This document shows positions 10,946 to 22,849 of a stretch of DNA of 64,000 nt, one piece after another. Origin of the DNA: Squalus acanthias (Eukaryota); the NCBI GenBank assembly GCA_030390025.1, contig JASTWF010000228.1, positions 496,001-560,000 of the forward strand. Direction: 5' to 3'. The notes below the pieces were generated by a model. It saw only the letters and a list, made by a program, of their open reading frames with translations, was not told where the DNA came from and ran no database searches. Both the position numbers and the translations under genes were made by a program. Numbering within the stretch: position 1 is the first letter of the stretch; every line of letters starts with the position of its first letter.

Positions 10946-12734
10946 TTCCCAATATAATCAAATAATAAGTGTGGAGATGATGTAGATTGAATATGTAGAT
11001 AACCAATAAGCCAATAATCCAGCTATCAGACTGGATACTTCAAGCAGTAGGCTCCTTACTGTGAAGTACAGCTGCTGTCTGACAACTGGTCAAATCTCTC
11101 ACAGACGTGGTTGGCTAATTAAAAAATAAGGTAGCTCTGGAGTACAGGATTGTGAAGCACATGAGTCTTCACTGCCCCCATAGGGCAACATACCTGTAAT
11201 GTTGTGGGTTGTAGAAATACTGAGTCACACTTCATTCGCAACAGTGAGTTTAACTTAATTATCCAGTTGTGTTTTTCTACAGAGGAGAATAAAGATATGC
11301 CATTCCTTTTCTTGTGTTACTCTCCTCTCTTGCATGACTTCATACACAATAATTATCCCTCACAGTCATAGATAGTTAAGAGTTTCATGCAAGCCAACCA
11401 TTTGATTAAAGGGCACATATAAGTTACCAAATTTGGTTAATTTCGAAATGTTACCAATGAAGAATATTTGAATATAGCCCAACATCGGCTGCATTCAGGG
11501 CAGCCCAATATTATAATCTGTTAAGCATCTTACTTGCATATGCAAAGGGTCTAACACTTGTTTCAGGCACAAGCTCTGGACATCTCTATTCTGACTTCAA
11601 CAATATGGTGGGCAGCGCAATCCTGGCATGTGATGAGTCTTCCTTGCCCGCCATATTGGAGGCTTAGGCGACCGTTTTGAGCCTGAAAAACAGGTGCGGT
11701 GCCATCAAATTTCTAGGCCAAAATGTGTTTGCACAGGTAATAAGGAACATTGCGAATATTATCTAGCTGTGCTCACGCCACCATCTGAAAGCCTCAGGGT
11801 AGCTCTGTATTTGAAAAATTTCAAAAAAGTCATTTCTGAATGACCAGTCCAGAGTTCAGAGCGCAGCCTTATTTATTCTCTCAATCTAGTGTGATATAAT
11901 ATGGGGACTTATACTGTCTTTGAGGTAGATTATGATTGCAAAGCAACAAAAACTCTTACAGACTCTATTTAAGTAATTTACATTAATCTTTAAATTGCAG
12001 TTTAAGGAATTAAATCACTTAATGATACTTAAAACTTTAAGTGTGTAAAAGTAAGAATAATGACATTCCTTCATTAGTAGGTCACTAAAATGGAGCTCTA
12101 AGTAAAACTATATTTTGCCTCCAAAAGCATTTTGCCCTTTGTTACAGAAGTCTTTACAGGACTGGAAGAATCCAAGGTCTTGATCCTTAAGTCCAAGATT
12201 TTAATAGACCAATAGACCACTGACCCAACAATAGTCACTTAAACTTCAAACTGTTCGGTACATTAGGTAAAGAGCATGTTTGATCTTCAGTACCACTGCA
12301 TGAGAGATCACTGCTATCTTTGTGTGTAATGTCTAATGATTACTGCCTGTTAGTTTCATAGATTGTGTTACAATTTCAGGTTGTACAGAACTGTTTTCTT
12401 TCTTAACAGTGACAAAAGTTCCTGTAAGTGACCCTTATGATCAGGATACTTTTGTGGGCAATCTTCCCTTTGCGGAGTTGTGTCCTTAGGAATTAACAAG
12501 TATCCTATTTGCAGCAATCTCCTTGCTGCATTGTACATAGTCTATGCTAGCAAATCACTTTGGATTGGTTGGTATCAAAGAAGATCAGATGCTCCAGACT
12601 AAAATAACTATTATATTTATAAATATGAAGCACAAAAATTCATCAAATACTAACAGCTCAATATAAACATATACATATATTGAGACAGATTCACAACAGG
12701 AAAATTGTACGTGAAGAAATAGCATTTAAAAAAA

Positions 12735-13110
12735 ATCATTCTCATGATACGGGCATTGCTGGCATTTATTGCTTATTCCTTGTTGAGAAAGGTGGTGTTG
12801 AGGGCCCCCTTGAACCATTACTTTTTATAGTAGTTTGATAAAATGGAATGGCTTACTCGACCACTTCAGAGGGTAGTTAAGAGTCAACAACATCGGTGTG
12901 GGACTGGAGTCACATAGGTTGCCAGACTGAGTAAAGGTTGGCAGGTTTCCTTCCCTAAAGGACATTAGTGAACTAGTTGGGTTTTTATGACAATCCGACA
13001 GCTTCATGGTCACTTACTGATACCAGATTTTCTTTTATTTCCAGATTTTTTAAACTGAATTCAAATTCTCAAGCTGCCATGGTGAGATTTACTGGTCCAA
13101 TAACGTAAGC
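12735..13110 (-). mobile_element. tRNA-derived SINE with CR1-type tail (degenerate)
   Basis: Similar to 17735-18162 (ttccctaaaggacattagtgaac...ttcatggtcac...gaattcaaattc). Confidence 0.7.
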
Positions 13111-14015
13111 GCTTCAGTACTGTACACATCTTTCTTCTGTTTTGAAAAAAACAAAGTTCTGGTTACTGGAAATTTTATACAGTTGTTTTATCTTTTTTGC
13201 ACTACTTTTGGAATCTGCACAACATAATATAATAAATAGTTTCTCTTAATGAATAGTCCATCTGCTCAAATAACAAAAGAAATCAGGACTGATAAACTAA
13301 GGCAACTCCCTACTTTTAGCAACTTTATTGCTTTAAAGTTGAAATTTACAGACAAACATAACAAAATTGTATTTCTAATATACAACGGATGAATGCACAA
13401 TATCAAAATATGAAATAATACAAATTGTGTTACTGTGGAGCTTGACAAAATTTACATGATCAGATAAACATCAAAATAACATTTGCATCAGTGAATGAGC
13501 CACTTTGAATTTAAATTTAAAGTCATAATTCAGTTGGAAGCTAAACAAAGCAATTCAAAATCTGTGCTGTAAGGAATGGAACCACAGCACAGCACATAGA
13601 ATAGTGGATGAGAGGTCAATTACAAAAGTGCTTGGGCTGCTTTGGGAGCTTGTATGCATATATGATGCTTACCTGCCTTTGGTTTGTAATGATAATGTCC
13701 TTATAGTACAAATAGGGTGCATTGCTAATTATGCGGTGACACAACTCTGAAAAGAGCAGATTAGAAATAAAAATATAGCTTTAAGATTGCAGATTGAGTT
13801 TCACAGATCTCTGTATTGGGACCATTGTTGTTCATCAATTTTGTCAATAATCTAGAGGAAGGCCGAATTTAAACCATTCTTAAATTCATGGATAATAAAA
13901 TAAATGATCATAGAGGTTAAAAATTCAGACCAAGTCAATAGGTTTCAGGCTAAGTTAGATAAATCAGGTGAATGGGCCCTCGTATGGTAGATGTCATTTA
14001 ATCTGGGCAGTTACA

Positions 14016-14210
14016 ATCTCTCTGTCCTCGGCCTCTTACACTGTTCCAATGAAGCTCAACGTAAGCTCGAGGAACAGCACCTCATCGATTAGGCACTTTA
14101 CAGCCTTCTGGACTCAACATCGAATGCAACAATTTCAGACTATAACCCCTGCCCCCATTTTTTCAGGCGGCAGGTGTTGATGATTCTGCCATCCCCATTT
14201 GCAACATTTT
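14016..14210 (+). mobile_element. Penelope-like 3' fragment
   Basis: gaagctcaacgtaagctcgaggaacagcacctcatc matches the elements at 8054 and 29209. Confidence 0.8.
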
Positions 14211-14211
14211 A

Positions 14212-14985
14212 GGTTGGATTTTGGCAATGGGGAGCTTTTGGAGGCGGGACTCCCACTTGTTGGGTTTCAGTCCCGCCTCCATCAACTTCTGGTGAGCCCC
14301 CGCTATTTTCCCTTGATTGATCTTGTTAAACCCGCCCAGCGGGTTTAGCAGGCCAATTAAGGGAAAGCCGGTTACAGAGAACGTCAACGTATGACGTTTC
14401 ATCTGTCAAAATTTTTGACAGATGAATTCTCATCGCTCTGTGAAGCTGTCAAACACTGACCTTCTCTGTAGTTTGATGAGTTCTTGAATTCAAGACCTCA
14501 TCAAATCTCTATCTTTTGCAAAAATTAGATGGTTGTTGTATTTGAGAATGCAACGGCCATCTGTCATCTCTGCCGTGGAGGTGCGAGACTCTCCGCATAC
14601 CCAACAAGAAACAAGGGTAAGTAAACTTTTTCTAACACTTTCTACTTACCTCACATACTCACCTCTCCACACTTGCACCCATCACTTACCTTCACAGCGC
14701 ATTTTTGCACCCCGCAGACCCCCGCAGACCCACTGCTCGCCTCGGTGACCCTGGCGGGGTTCTGAGCCTTTGGGAAGCCCACACAATTGTGTGGGTAAAA
14801 TGGGGATAATCCTCTTATCTGCCTGTTAACTACCTGTGACACTAATCCCCTTCCCGCCTCCAAGGAGACGGGACCCGGTGCGGGTCATCTACCCGCCTCC
14901 TGGCAAGATGGCACAGAGGCGAGTTGGGGCCCCGCCCCCAGATTCTGCCATTTTCCTGGCAGTCCCGCCTCCACACCACTGGCTG
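14212..14985. mobile_element. Harbinger-like non-autonomous element
   Basis: Starts ggttggattttggca and contains repeated cccgcctcc motifs. Homologous to 2858-3145 and, in reverse complement, to 36707-36905. Confidence 0.65.
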
Positions 14986-15101
14986 TGAGTGCGCATTCAG
15001 AAAACTGGTCATTTGGAGTCTTTTTGCTATTCTCTGAACCCTCTTCAATGTGTCTTTTCCAATGCCTTTGCATTTTTTTGATGCTCAGAACTGAACACAG
15101 C

Positions 15102-15259
15102 AGGGTCAATTTTCAACCTCACCACCTGGGCGCTAACCTGGAGGAGTGGATTATTTGCCCATTTTAGAACCCACTTGATTTTCGGGATGAAAATCGAGTG
15201 GCTTCTGCAATGGCCGGGCCAGATTACCGCCCAGATGGTGAAGTTGAAAATTAACCTCT
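15102..15259. mobile_element. Short MITE (about 158 bp)
   Basis: About 31-bp imperfect TIRs: agggtcaattttcaacctcaccacctgggcg / cgcccagatggtgaagttgaaaattaacctc. Confidence 0.7.
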
Positions 15260-17734
15260 TTATTTCAAGTGTGGTTTGACTAGTGCATTGTAGTAGTCAA
15301 ACCACACTATGTTCAATTCTGTAGGATAACTTCTCAAAACTGTTGTGGCTATATATCCCAGCATTCTATTAGCTTTTTTAATTGTTTCACCACATTGTTT
15401 TAAGTACCACAGCATAAATTGCATATACTTGTGCTTCACAACAGTGTTAATGCAACACAGCTATAGATGACACAGCAATACGATAGATCACCTGTATGTT
15501 TTCCTTAATTACTGGACTTCATATGCAATCTGTAAGAGCTCAGAGAACAATGATCACAAGAACTTTTCCAAGTAAAATGTTAGCAGTGTAACCTTTGCCC
15601 TGTTGGGTGATTTGTGCAGGTGGTTTTGGAGGTAGAGGTTAGGGTGCTTGAGGTGATGAAGAGCCTATCATCAAATTGCCAGGATTTCAAAGCTAGACCT
15701 TGAATTGCAGGCTGTAATGACACCACCTTGACACTGTAATCTCAAGGTCTGAACAATCTCAAGTCTTTTATGACCACATGAAAGTCTTATGGTATATTAT
15801 TAAGTTTAAAAATGTCTTTCATTGGATAAAAAGTATTATCTTAAATCTTGCTGTCAGCACTTTTTCTCATGCAATGTAATTATTAGTCACTGGACCAAGT
15901 TGATTGCCTGATTATGGTAAATTAAGCAACAGTAACACCCACAAATAAACTCTGAGTGAGTGTGACTATTGGGGGAAGAGCAAGAGGCTGGAATTAATTG
16001 ATATCCATCAGATTATTTTGTCTAGAATGGCGGGCCTCACAAATATCCATGGGCTGCCGTCCTGGTGGTTGCTGTCCAGCGCTGACCCTGCCAGAGTTTG
16101 TGGGGTCAGCAGGAGGGCACCTAACTTGCATGGAACCCATGGTGCCTGCGCCGCTAAAGGTGCCTCTCTGGTGCACCTACCACCCCCATTGCCTATACAG
16201 CCAAACCACCACTGGGTGTTTGCCCAACACCCCGTTCTGCCCCACTTTTGCCCCTGTATAAGGAGGGCAATCCAATTATTTTCCAGGGTTCAGGCTGCTC
16301 TCCTCACTTGGAATCTCACAGTGGAGCAAATGTACACTTAGCTAGAGGTCAGGACAGCTCCCCTCACTCAGCAAACCAACCTCCAGTAATACTCCAGATC
16401 CCAGCGAAGCTGGAGAATTGGGCCTGGGGATCACACGAGGGGATTAATTTTGACTTTCGGCGATAGTGTAAAACAAGCAATATAAGCTCGGCCACTTGTT
16501 AAACACCTCTCCTGATTTTCATTTCCATTGAGGGGAAAAGTCACAACTGGGTGACACAAATTCTGAAAGACTTTGGAGAGCTTCAAAAGCTATCTCAACC
16601 CATTAGCAGAGTCTGCCAAGGCTGAGGCAGCAATGGACTAAGAAATAATAGACAAAAAAGGCGATCCAAAGGGCAGGCATGAGTCTGCAGACAAGTCATG
16701 AAGCAGCCTAGCATCGACCCCCCAGTTTAATGGCTGCTGATGATGGAGGTGGTGTATGAAGTAGCTGTGAGGATGGTGGCCATCTGTATCACTTCATGAC
16801 ACATTCCCCACAATGCATTGCAGCTCAGAGGTGGAGCTAATTTTGAGGCCTTAGTTCGCTATTACTGTCACTGGATACACCAGTCCTGTACTGCTTGGTG
16901 CAATTGCAACTGATGACACGGCTCTGTGTTTGACTCTCTGCAGATCCAGCGGCTGTGAAGACAGCTCCCCACAGCCATTGCCATGTAGGTATATGAAGGC
17001 CTGCAGAAATGGGTGGTGAGTGTGGTCTATCAGGATATGCTGGCTGTAGATCACCCTGACATGCCTTCCGACATACAGTGCCACTGAAACCATGACATGC
17101 TGTTATTGGATGCTTCTGTGGAAACATACAACATTATAGCTAGTCAGGTGTTCATACATCTTGGTGGTGCCACCAAGTCTGCTATCCTTGCTTCCTTTGG
17201 GAAGATGAATCTCCAAATGCACTAACTGTTGACCAAAATGAGGTATGGCCACCTCTCTCAACACTTGCAGGTGGCAGGGCGCCAGTAGATGTAAACAGAG
17301 CACCTGTATGGCAGCCTGATCTACCTGGAAGTCCTCTGTATGTCTTCCTCTTCTTTTTCCAAACACCTGAAATGGGGTGGGGGAGGGGGATTCCCAATGG
17401 GAAACTCACTGATACCAATAATGGTAGAGGAGAGCAACAGTTGCTACAAAGGCTCATTTTGAGGCTGTTACTGCCTCGTTAGCGCTCGGCAAAGCGAATG
17501 AAAATCAACCACTCTCTCTTTCATCCTCTGGTTTTGTGTCCTGTTTTCATTCTTTGTATTCTTTCATGTTTATTTACTGTTTTGTACCTTTTCCAGTTTT
17601 ATGTTTCTTTGTCTTTTTAGGTAGGAGGTGGTTGGTGGTGTGGCCAGGAAGGTAAGATTTTCTGGTGGTGGGTGCAGGTGGTGCAGGCCAACAGATTGGA
17701 GCTGCCTTTTGAGCTGTAACTTTTAAAAAAATTC

Positions 17735-18162
17735 ATTTACAGGATGTGGGCCAGCATTTATTGCCCATCCCTAATTGCCCTTGAGAAGGTGGTGGTGAGC
17801 TGCCTTCTTGAACCACTGCAGTCCGTGTGGTGAAGGTACTCCCACAGTGCTGACATTGTCACAGCTGTTTGGCTTGCTAGGCCATTTCAGAGGGCAGCTG
17901 TAGGTCTGGAGTCACATATAGGCCAGACTGGGTAAGGACAGCAGCTTCCCTTCCCTAAAGGGCATTAGATGGGTTTTTGCAACAATCCGGTAGTTTCATG
18001 GTCACCATTACTGATACGAGCTTTTTAATTCCAGATTTTTTTAATTAACTGAATTTAAACCCCCCAGCTGCCCTGGCGGGATTTGAACTCACGTCTCCGG
18101 TTTATTACTCCAGGCCTCTGGATTACTAGTCCAGTAACATAACCACTGTGCTACCGTACCCT
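17735..18162 (-). mobile_element. tRNA-derived SINE whose 3' tail matches the CR1 family at 34878-35950
   Basis: Minus-strand head ggtacggtagcacagtggtta...gagttcaaatcccgcc resembles A/B boxes. Tail ...caccaccttctcaagggcaattagggatgggcaataaatgctgg. Confidence 0.82.
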
Positions 18163-19099
18163 GTAACTCACAGACAGGCAAGGGATCCAACACAAAAGCT
18201 AACATTTCTGATGGTGAATGTGTGGTGGTAGTCAGAGACAGCTGTAGGCGTGGCTGGGAGGTGGTGGAGAGAGAAAGAAAGGGTGAAGGGGAGAAAGTCA
18301 TGGGGGTTTGAATTGCTTGGGGGGTTAGATGGAAAAACAAGGAAAGCGGAAGTGGGTTCCAGGTGGGGAGGAATCAATGCAGTGCTGCAGGCCGGGGATC
18401 GTTGGTGTCTTTAGGAAAGCAGTAGGGCAGGATTGGGAAAGGCTGAAATCTGGGTGCTTGGAATGGGAGGCAGTTCTTACTCCACTTGGCATGAAGCTGA
18501 AGTGGTGTGAGACTGCCTTTTGGAGGTGGTTTCACACCACTTGCTTATATGCAATCAGATGACTTTATACCTGATACGAAGGCAAAACCACATTGAATGA
18601 TGCAAATTGTAATACAACTGGCTTATTAGATCCTGTATAAGAAGACATTACATAACCCATTTACTCAATCTTTACATTATTGTTTCAAAGCATCCAGCAA
18701 AACATACATGTGGTACATATTCTTGTTCGGTGAACTTGTGAACTTGTACATGAGTTTACCTTTGGACTTGTTTTTGAGTTTGGATAAAAATAAATGTGAT
18801 CATTTAGGAAATTGAATCTTGATGAAAAATAGGATTTGCATGAACTGAATATTTGTATAACTACATTTAGAATACGATGCAAAAGGCAATGCAGTCAAAT
18901 TTGTGGGTCTGCTTCAGGCACTTGTCCTTTTGATAGTATACAGAGTCTGTGTTCAAAATCACGCTTGTGGGTTGATAACATACAAATGGTTAGTTCATAT
19001 AGATGTCCGTTGCTGTTTGCGATGGGATATTATATCTGATTGTGTGGCTATCCTTTTGTATTGCCACAAAGTTTATCCTTACGTTGAAGACCCCAAAGT

Positions 19100-19100
19100 G

Positions 19101-19133
<33 letters not shown>

Positions 19134-19148
19134 GATACATACATACAA
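19100..19148. repeat. Compound (TA)n(CA)n microsatellite
   Basis: Direct reading. Confidence 0.95.
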
Positions 19149-19875
19149 GAACATGGTGGGGATGTTGGGACCGAATAGGTTCAAAGTTAACCAATGGATG
19201 TTTATCTCCTATTCTCCTGAGACCCCAACCCCCACAAGGCTGTTAGACCCCGCAACTCTCCAATATTGTCAAACATTCCCTCCGCCCGCCCCCTCCCCCC
19301 CACCCCCCTACCCATGCTCCAATATCCCATCTTCAGTCCTGCTGGACCCAGAATTCCAACCCCCCCCCCCCCCCATCCGCAGTTTACTCCCAGATCCCAG
19401 GCTAATCTCTCACTGCTCACAAATTCCTAGATTGCAATCCCAGTTCTCCCTAATCCTAGAACTGCCCCAATTCTCCCAGACCTGAGACATTCTCACCAAT
19501 TCCCACCGATCCAAGATCCCACTCCCAATATTCACAGATCCTAGGATCTGTTTCAGTGTTCCCAGAATCCTGGGACCCTCCCCCCGCCCTTTGCATTGCT
19601 CTCAGTTCCTGGGATCCCCCTCTTCAAATTACTGCTGAGACCCTGAAATTTCATTCCAGTAATACCATTTGGTGGGCCATGTTCCCAGTGCTCCCAGGGG
19701 CGCCCCAATGCCAACATGTCAGCAACCCTAGTAATAATAATGGCATAACATCTCTGTCCTAATAAAACTTCCAACTCACTACGAGCAATGCCACAGGAAA
19801 TCTGCGTTTCCTGAATTTCCAGCATCCGCAGTATTTTGCTTTTGCCACAGGGAATCTGTTAGTTTCTATAACATG

Positions 19876-20039
19876 ATGCGGAGATGCCGGTGTTGGACTG
19901 GGGTGGACAAAAGTGAGAAGTCGCACAACACCAGGTTATAGTCCAACGGTTTTACCTGACGAAGGAGCAGCCGCTCCGAAAGCTTGTGATTTCAAATAAA
20001 ACCGTTGGACTATAACCTGGTGTTGTGCGACTTCTCACA
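19876..20039 (+). mobile_element. 164-bp Penelope-like pLTR-only insertion with a hammerhead core
   Basis: 13-bp TSD tttctataacatg, perfect 42-bp inverted repeat 19913-19954/19997-20038, and CTGACGA-a-ggagc-agcc-gctcc-GAAAGCTT at 19956-19985. Confidence 0.82.
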
Positions 20040-20362
20040 TTTCTATAACATGGTTGAGCTTTTAGTGTGTTTGAAGGCGATAACCTACACCAGACGAGCT
20101 GAAAAGAGATACTTTGTCCAAATCTATAACATGTTCATATGAACAGATCCAATACAATTGCTTACTTTCAAAAGTTACTTTGGCATTCAATTAATTCTCT
20201 ATTGATTGACTTTGTTCCATTTCCAGGTAATAATACAATAACTGCTTTTAAGAACATGGTTGCAAAAGGATGACATAATAATAGAGAACCTAATATGGTA
20301 TTTGTTGTGAATTCATCATTAATCATTTGTTTTTCTTGAGGAAACTCTGTCAGTTAGGGCGT

Positions 20363-21272
20363 CATAGAATCATAGAATGGTTACAGCACAGAAGGAGGCC
20401 ATTCGGCCCGTTGAGCCCGTGCTGGCTCTCTGCAAGAGCACTTCAGCTAGTCCCACTCCCTTGCCCATTCCTGGTAGCCCTGCAATTTTTTTTCCGTCAG
20501 GTACTTATCCAATTCCCTTTTGAAAGCCACGATTGAATCTGCCTCCACCACCCTTTCAGGCAGTGCATTCCAGATCCTAGCCACTCGCTGAGTGAAAAAG
20601 TTTTTCCTCATGTTGCCTTTGGTTCTTCTGCCAGTCACCTTAAATCTGTGTCCTTTGGTTCTCGACCCTTCCGCCAATGTCCAGACCCCTCATGATTTTG
20701 AACACCTCTATCAAATCTCCTCTCAATCTTCTCAATCCAAGTTTCTCCACGTAACTGAAGTCCCTCATCCCTGGAATCATTCTCGTAAAGCTTTTCTGCA
20801 CCCTCTCTAAGACCTTCACATCCTTCCTAAAATGCGGTGTCCATAATTGGACACAATTCTCCAGTTGAGGTCGAACCAGTGTTTTATAAATGTTCATCAT
20901 AACTTCCTTGCTTTTGTACTCTCTGCCTCTATTTATGACTTCACCTGAGGAAGGAGCGATAGTTCCGAAAGCTTGTGATTTCAAATAAAACTGTTGGACT
21001 ATAACCTGGTGTTGTGCGACCTCTCAATTCTATTTATGAAGCCCAGGATCCCGTATGCTTTTTTAACCGCTTTCTCAACCTGCCCTGCCACCTTCAACGA
21101 TTTGTGCAGATATACCCCCAGGTCTCTCTGTTCATGCACCACCTTTTGCATTGTACCCTTTAGTTTATGTTGCCTCTCCTCATTCTTCCTACCAAAATGT
21201 ATCATTTTGCACTTTTCTGCGTTAAATTTCATCTGCTATGTGTCCGCCCATTTCACCAGCCTGTCTATGTCC
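20363..21272 (-). mobile_element. CR1 3' part, interrupted at 20939-21028
   Basis: KFNAEKCKMIHFGRKN, LVRPQLENCVQLW and FFTQRVARIWNALP; (catagaat)n tail on the left. Confidence 0.92.
20939..21028 (+). mobile_element. 90-bp Penelope-like fragment consisting mostly of a hammerhead motif
   Basis: 11-bp TSD tctatttatga; tcac-CTGAGGA-a-ggagc-gata-gttcc-GAAAGCTT-gtga; same family as 19876-20039. Confidence 0.8.
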
Positions 21273-21274
21273 TC

Positions 21275-21904
21275 GGAACTTCATAGATCATCCGCACTGA
21301 CACCGCACCAACATCGAAAACCTAATTGCTGGCGCAGAGTTGGGCTAATTGCCCACTAACTGCCCAGCAATTACGTACAAAAATATTATGGCTGATGGAA
21401 ACAGGCGCAGGACCTGTTTCCACAGTGTAAGGGGATACCTCCTGACAAATCCAAGTAATTTAAAAAACTTAAGCGGCCAGAAATGGAAGCAGTTTAGGAT
21501 TTTGTCCATGGAAAGTATTTATTGTCCATGAAAAGTTCGGAGGAAGCGATTGCTACATTGATACAATTATTTCTTTTTTTGCATCTATGTGGAGCAAAAG
21601 CTTAAAAAACATCAATCTGAATGTATAGATCTTTATCCCGGAAGGTTTGTTTTGTTTTCCTTTCCGGAGATCATAAATGAATGAGAGACCTTCTGTTTGA
21701 TGATTGGAGCACCAGGCCCACGTGATCCCAGGTACGCTTCCACACACACGGCGCCCCGGGATCCATCAGCCATTACGCTGCCCTCCAGTACACAGCATCA
21801 AACAGCAAGTTCACGAAGGAAGGTCCCCATCAGGTAAGTTTGCATTCAATTCAGATGCCAGCAGCATATTCCGTCGGTACGCCGCTGACCGCAAAATCCA
21901 GGCC
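21275..21904. mobile_element. Degenerate MITE related to 10173-10922
   Basis: Shares tgattgg...ggcccacgtgatcc(c/t)agg and ends aaaatccaggcc. Confidence 0.5.
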
Positions 21905-22849
21905 AATAATTTAGTTGCAGAACCAACTAAAGTAAGACAACCACTGATTCGTGCACCATTTTTTGTCCATTGAACATGGATATAAAACGACAATAATTTA
22001 CATTTCTGTAGGGCTTCTCGTGTACAGATGTCACAGAGTCATTTCAGACGAGTAAAAAAGGACATTGGGCAAGAGGGAAAAAAAAGTTGCAGAACATGAG
22101 GAAAAAGCACAGTCCGAGGAGGTGTTTTGAATGCAGGGTGGGAGTTGACAATGCTTCAGGTTTGCATTTTTAATGTTTCTTCCTAACTCCAGAGAACATT
22201 GCAATCTTATTGCTAGACTATATGATGTTTCCAACCTCATATTTGAAGCTGCTACTTTCCTCATGGTACCATCTCCACAATTGTTTTAAACTAAAAGTGC
22301 CATGTACTGGAAGAGCACGATCCTTACTCACACCTCCACCAACGCCATTATCCAACTTTGCACGAAATAGCATTGGGTGGTGGTGGGGGGGGGGGGAGGT
22401 GAAAAATATGATGAAAACTTTTTCACTGAAAGGCGTTATCATAATGATAACAACCATAACATAGCTGGAATGAGAATAGCCCATTGAGCCCATCAGCCCA
22501 TTTATTCTCCAGAGAAGGTTCTTGTTAAATGTGTAACTTATTGAACCTTCTCAGATACAACACCCAAAATATATGACATTAAATATATGAAACACTCTTT
22601 ATTATATGGTAAACAGATTCTCACTGTGCTTTCAGATATGCACGTTTGCTACTCACAGTTTTTTATGTAACCATACAAAATGACTTTGTAACTTAATTGT
22701 CCAAGATTTGGGAATCTCCTACATTTGGAATATTTAACTTTGCCTAATTTTCCTTGATCCAGTTTTAAGACATGGATTGTTTTTGGTATCTGCATCACTA
22801 TTGCTGGACACTTATCTCCATTGTCTCATGTTGCACCATGACAGTTCTC

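Noticed and set aside
18065-18162. tRNA gene
   Set aside because: A/B box-like head fused to a SINE body; no complete cloverleaf seen.
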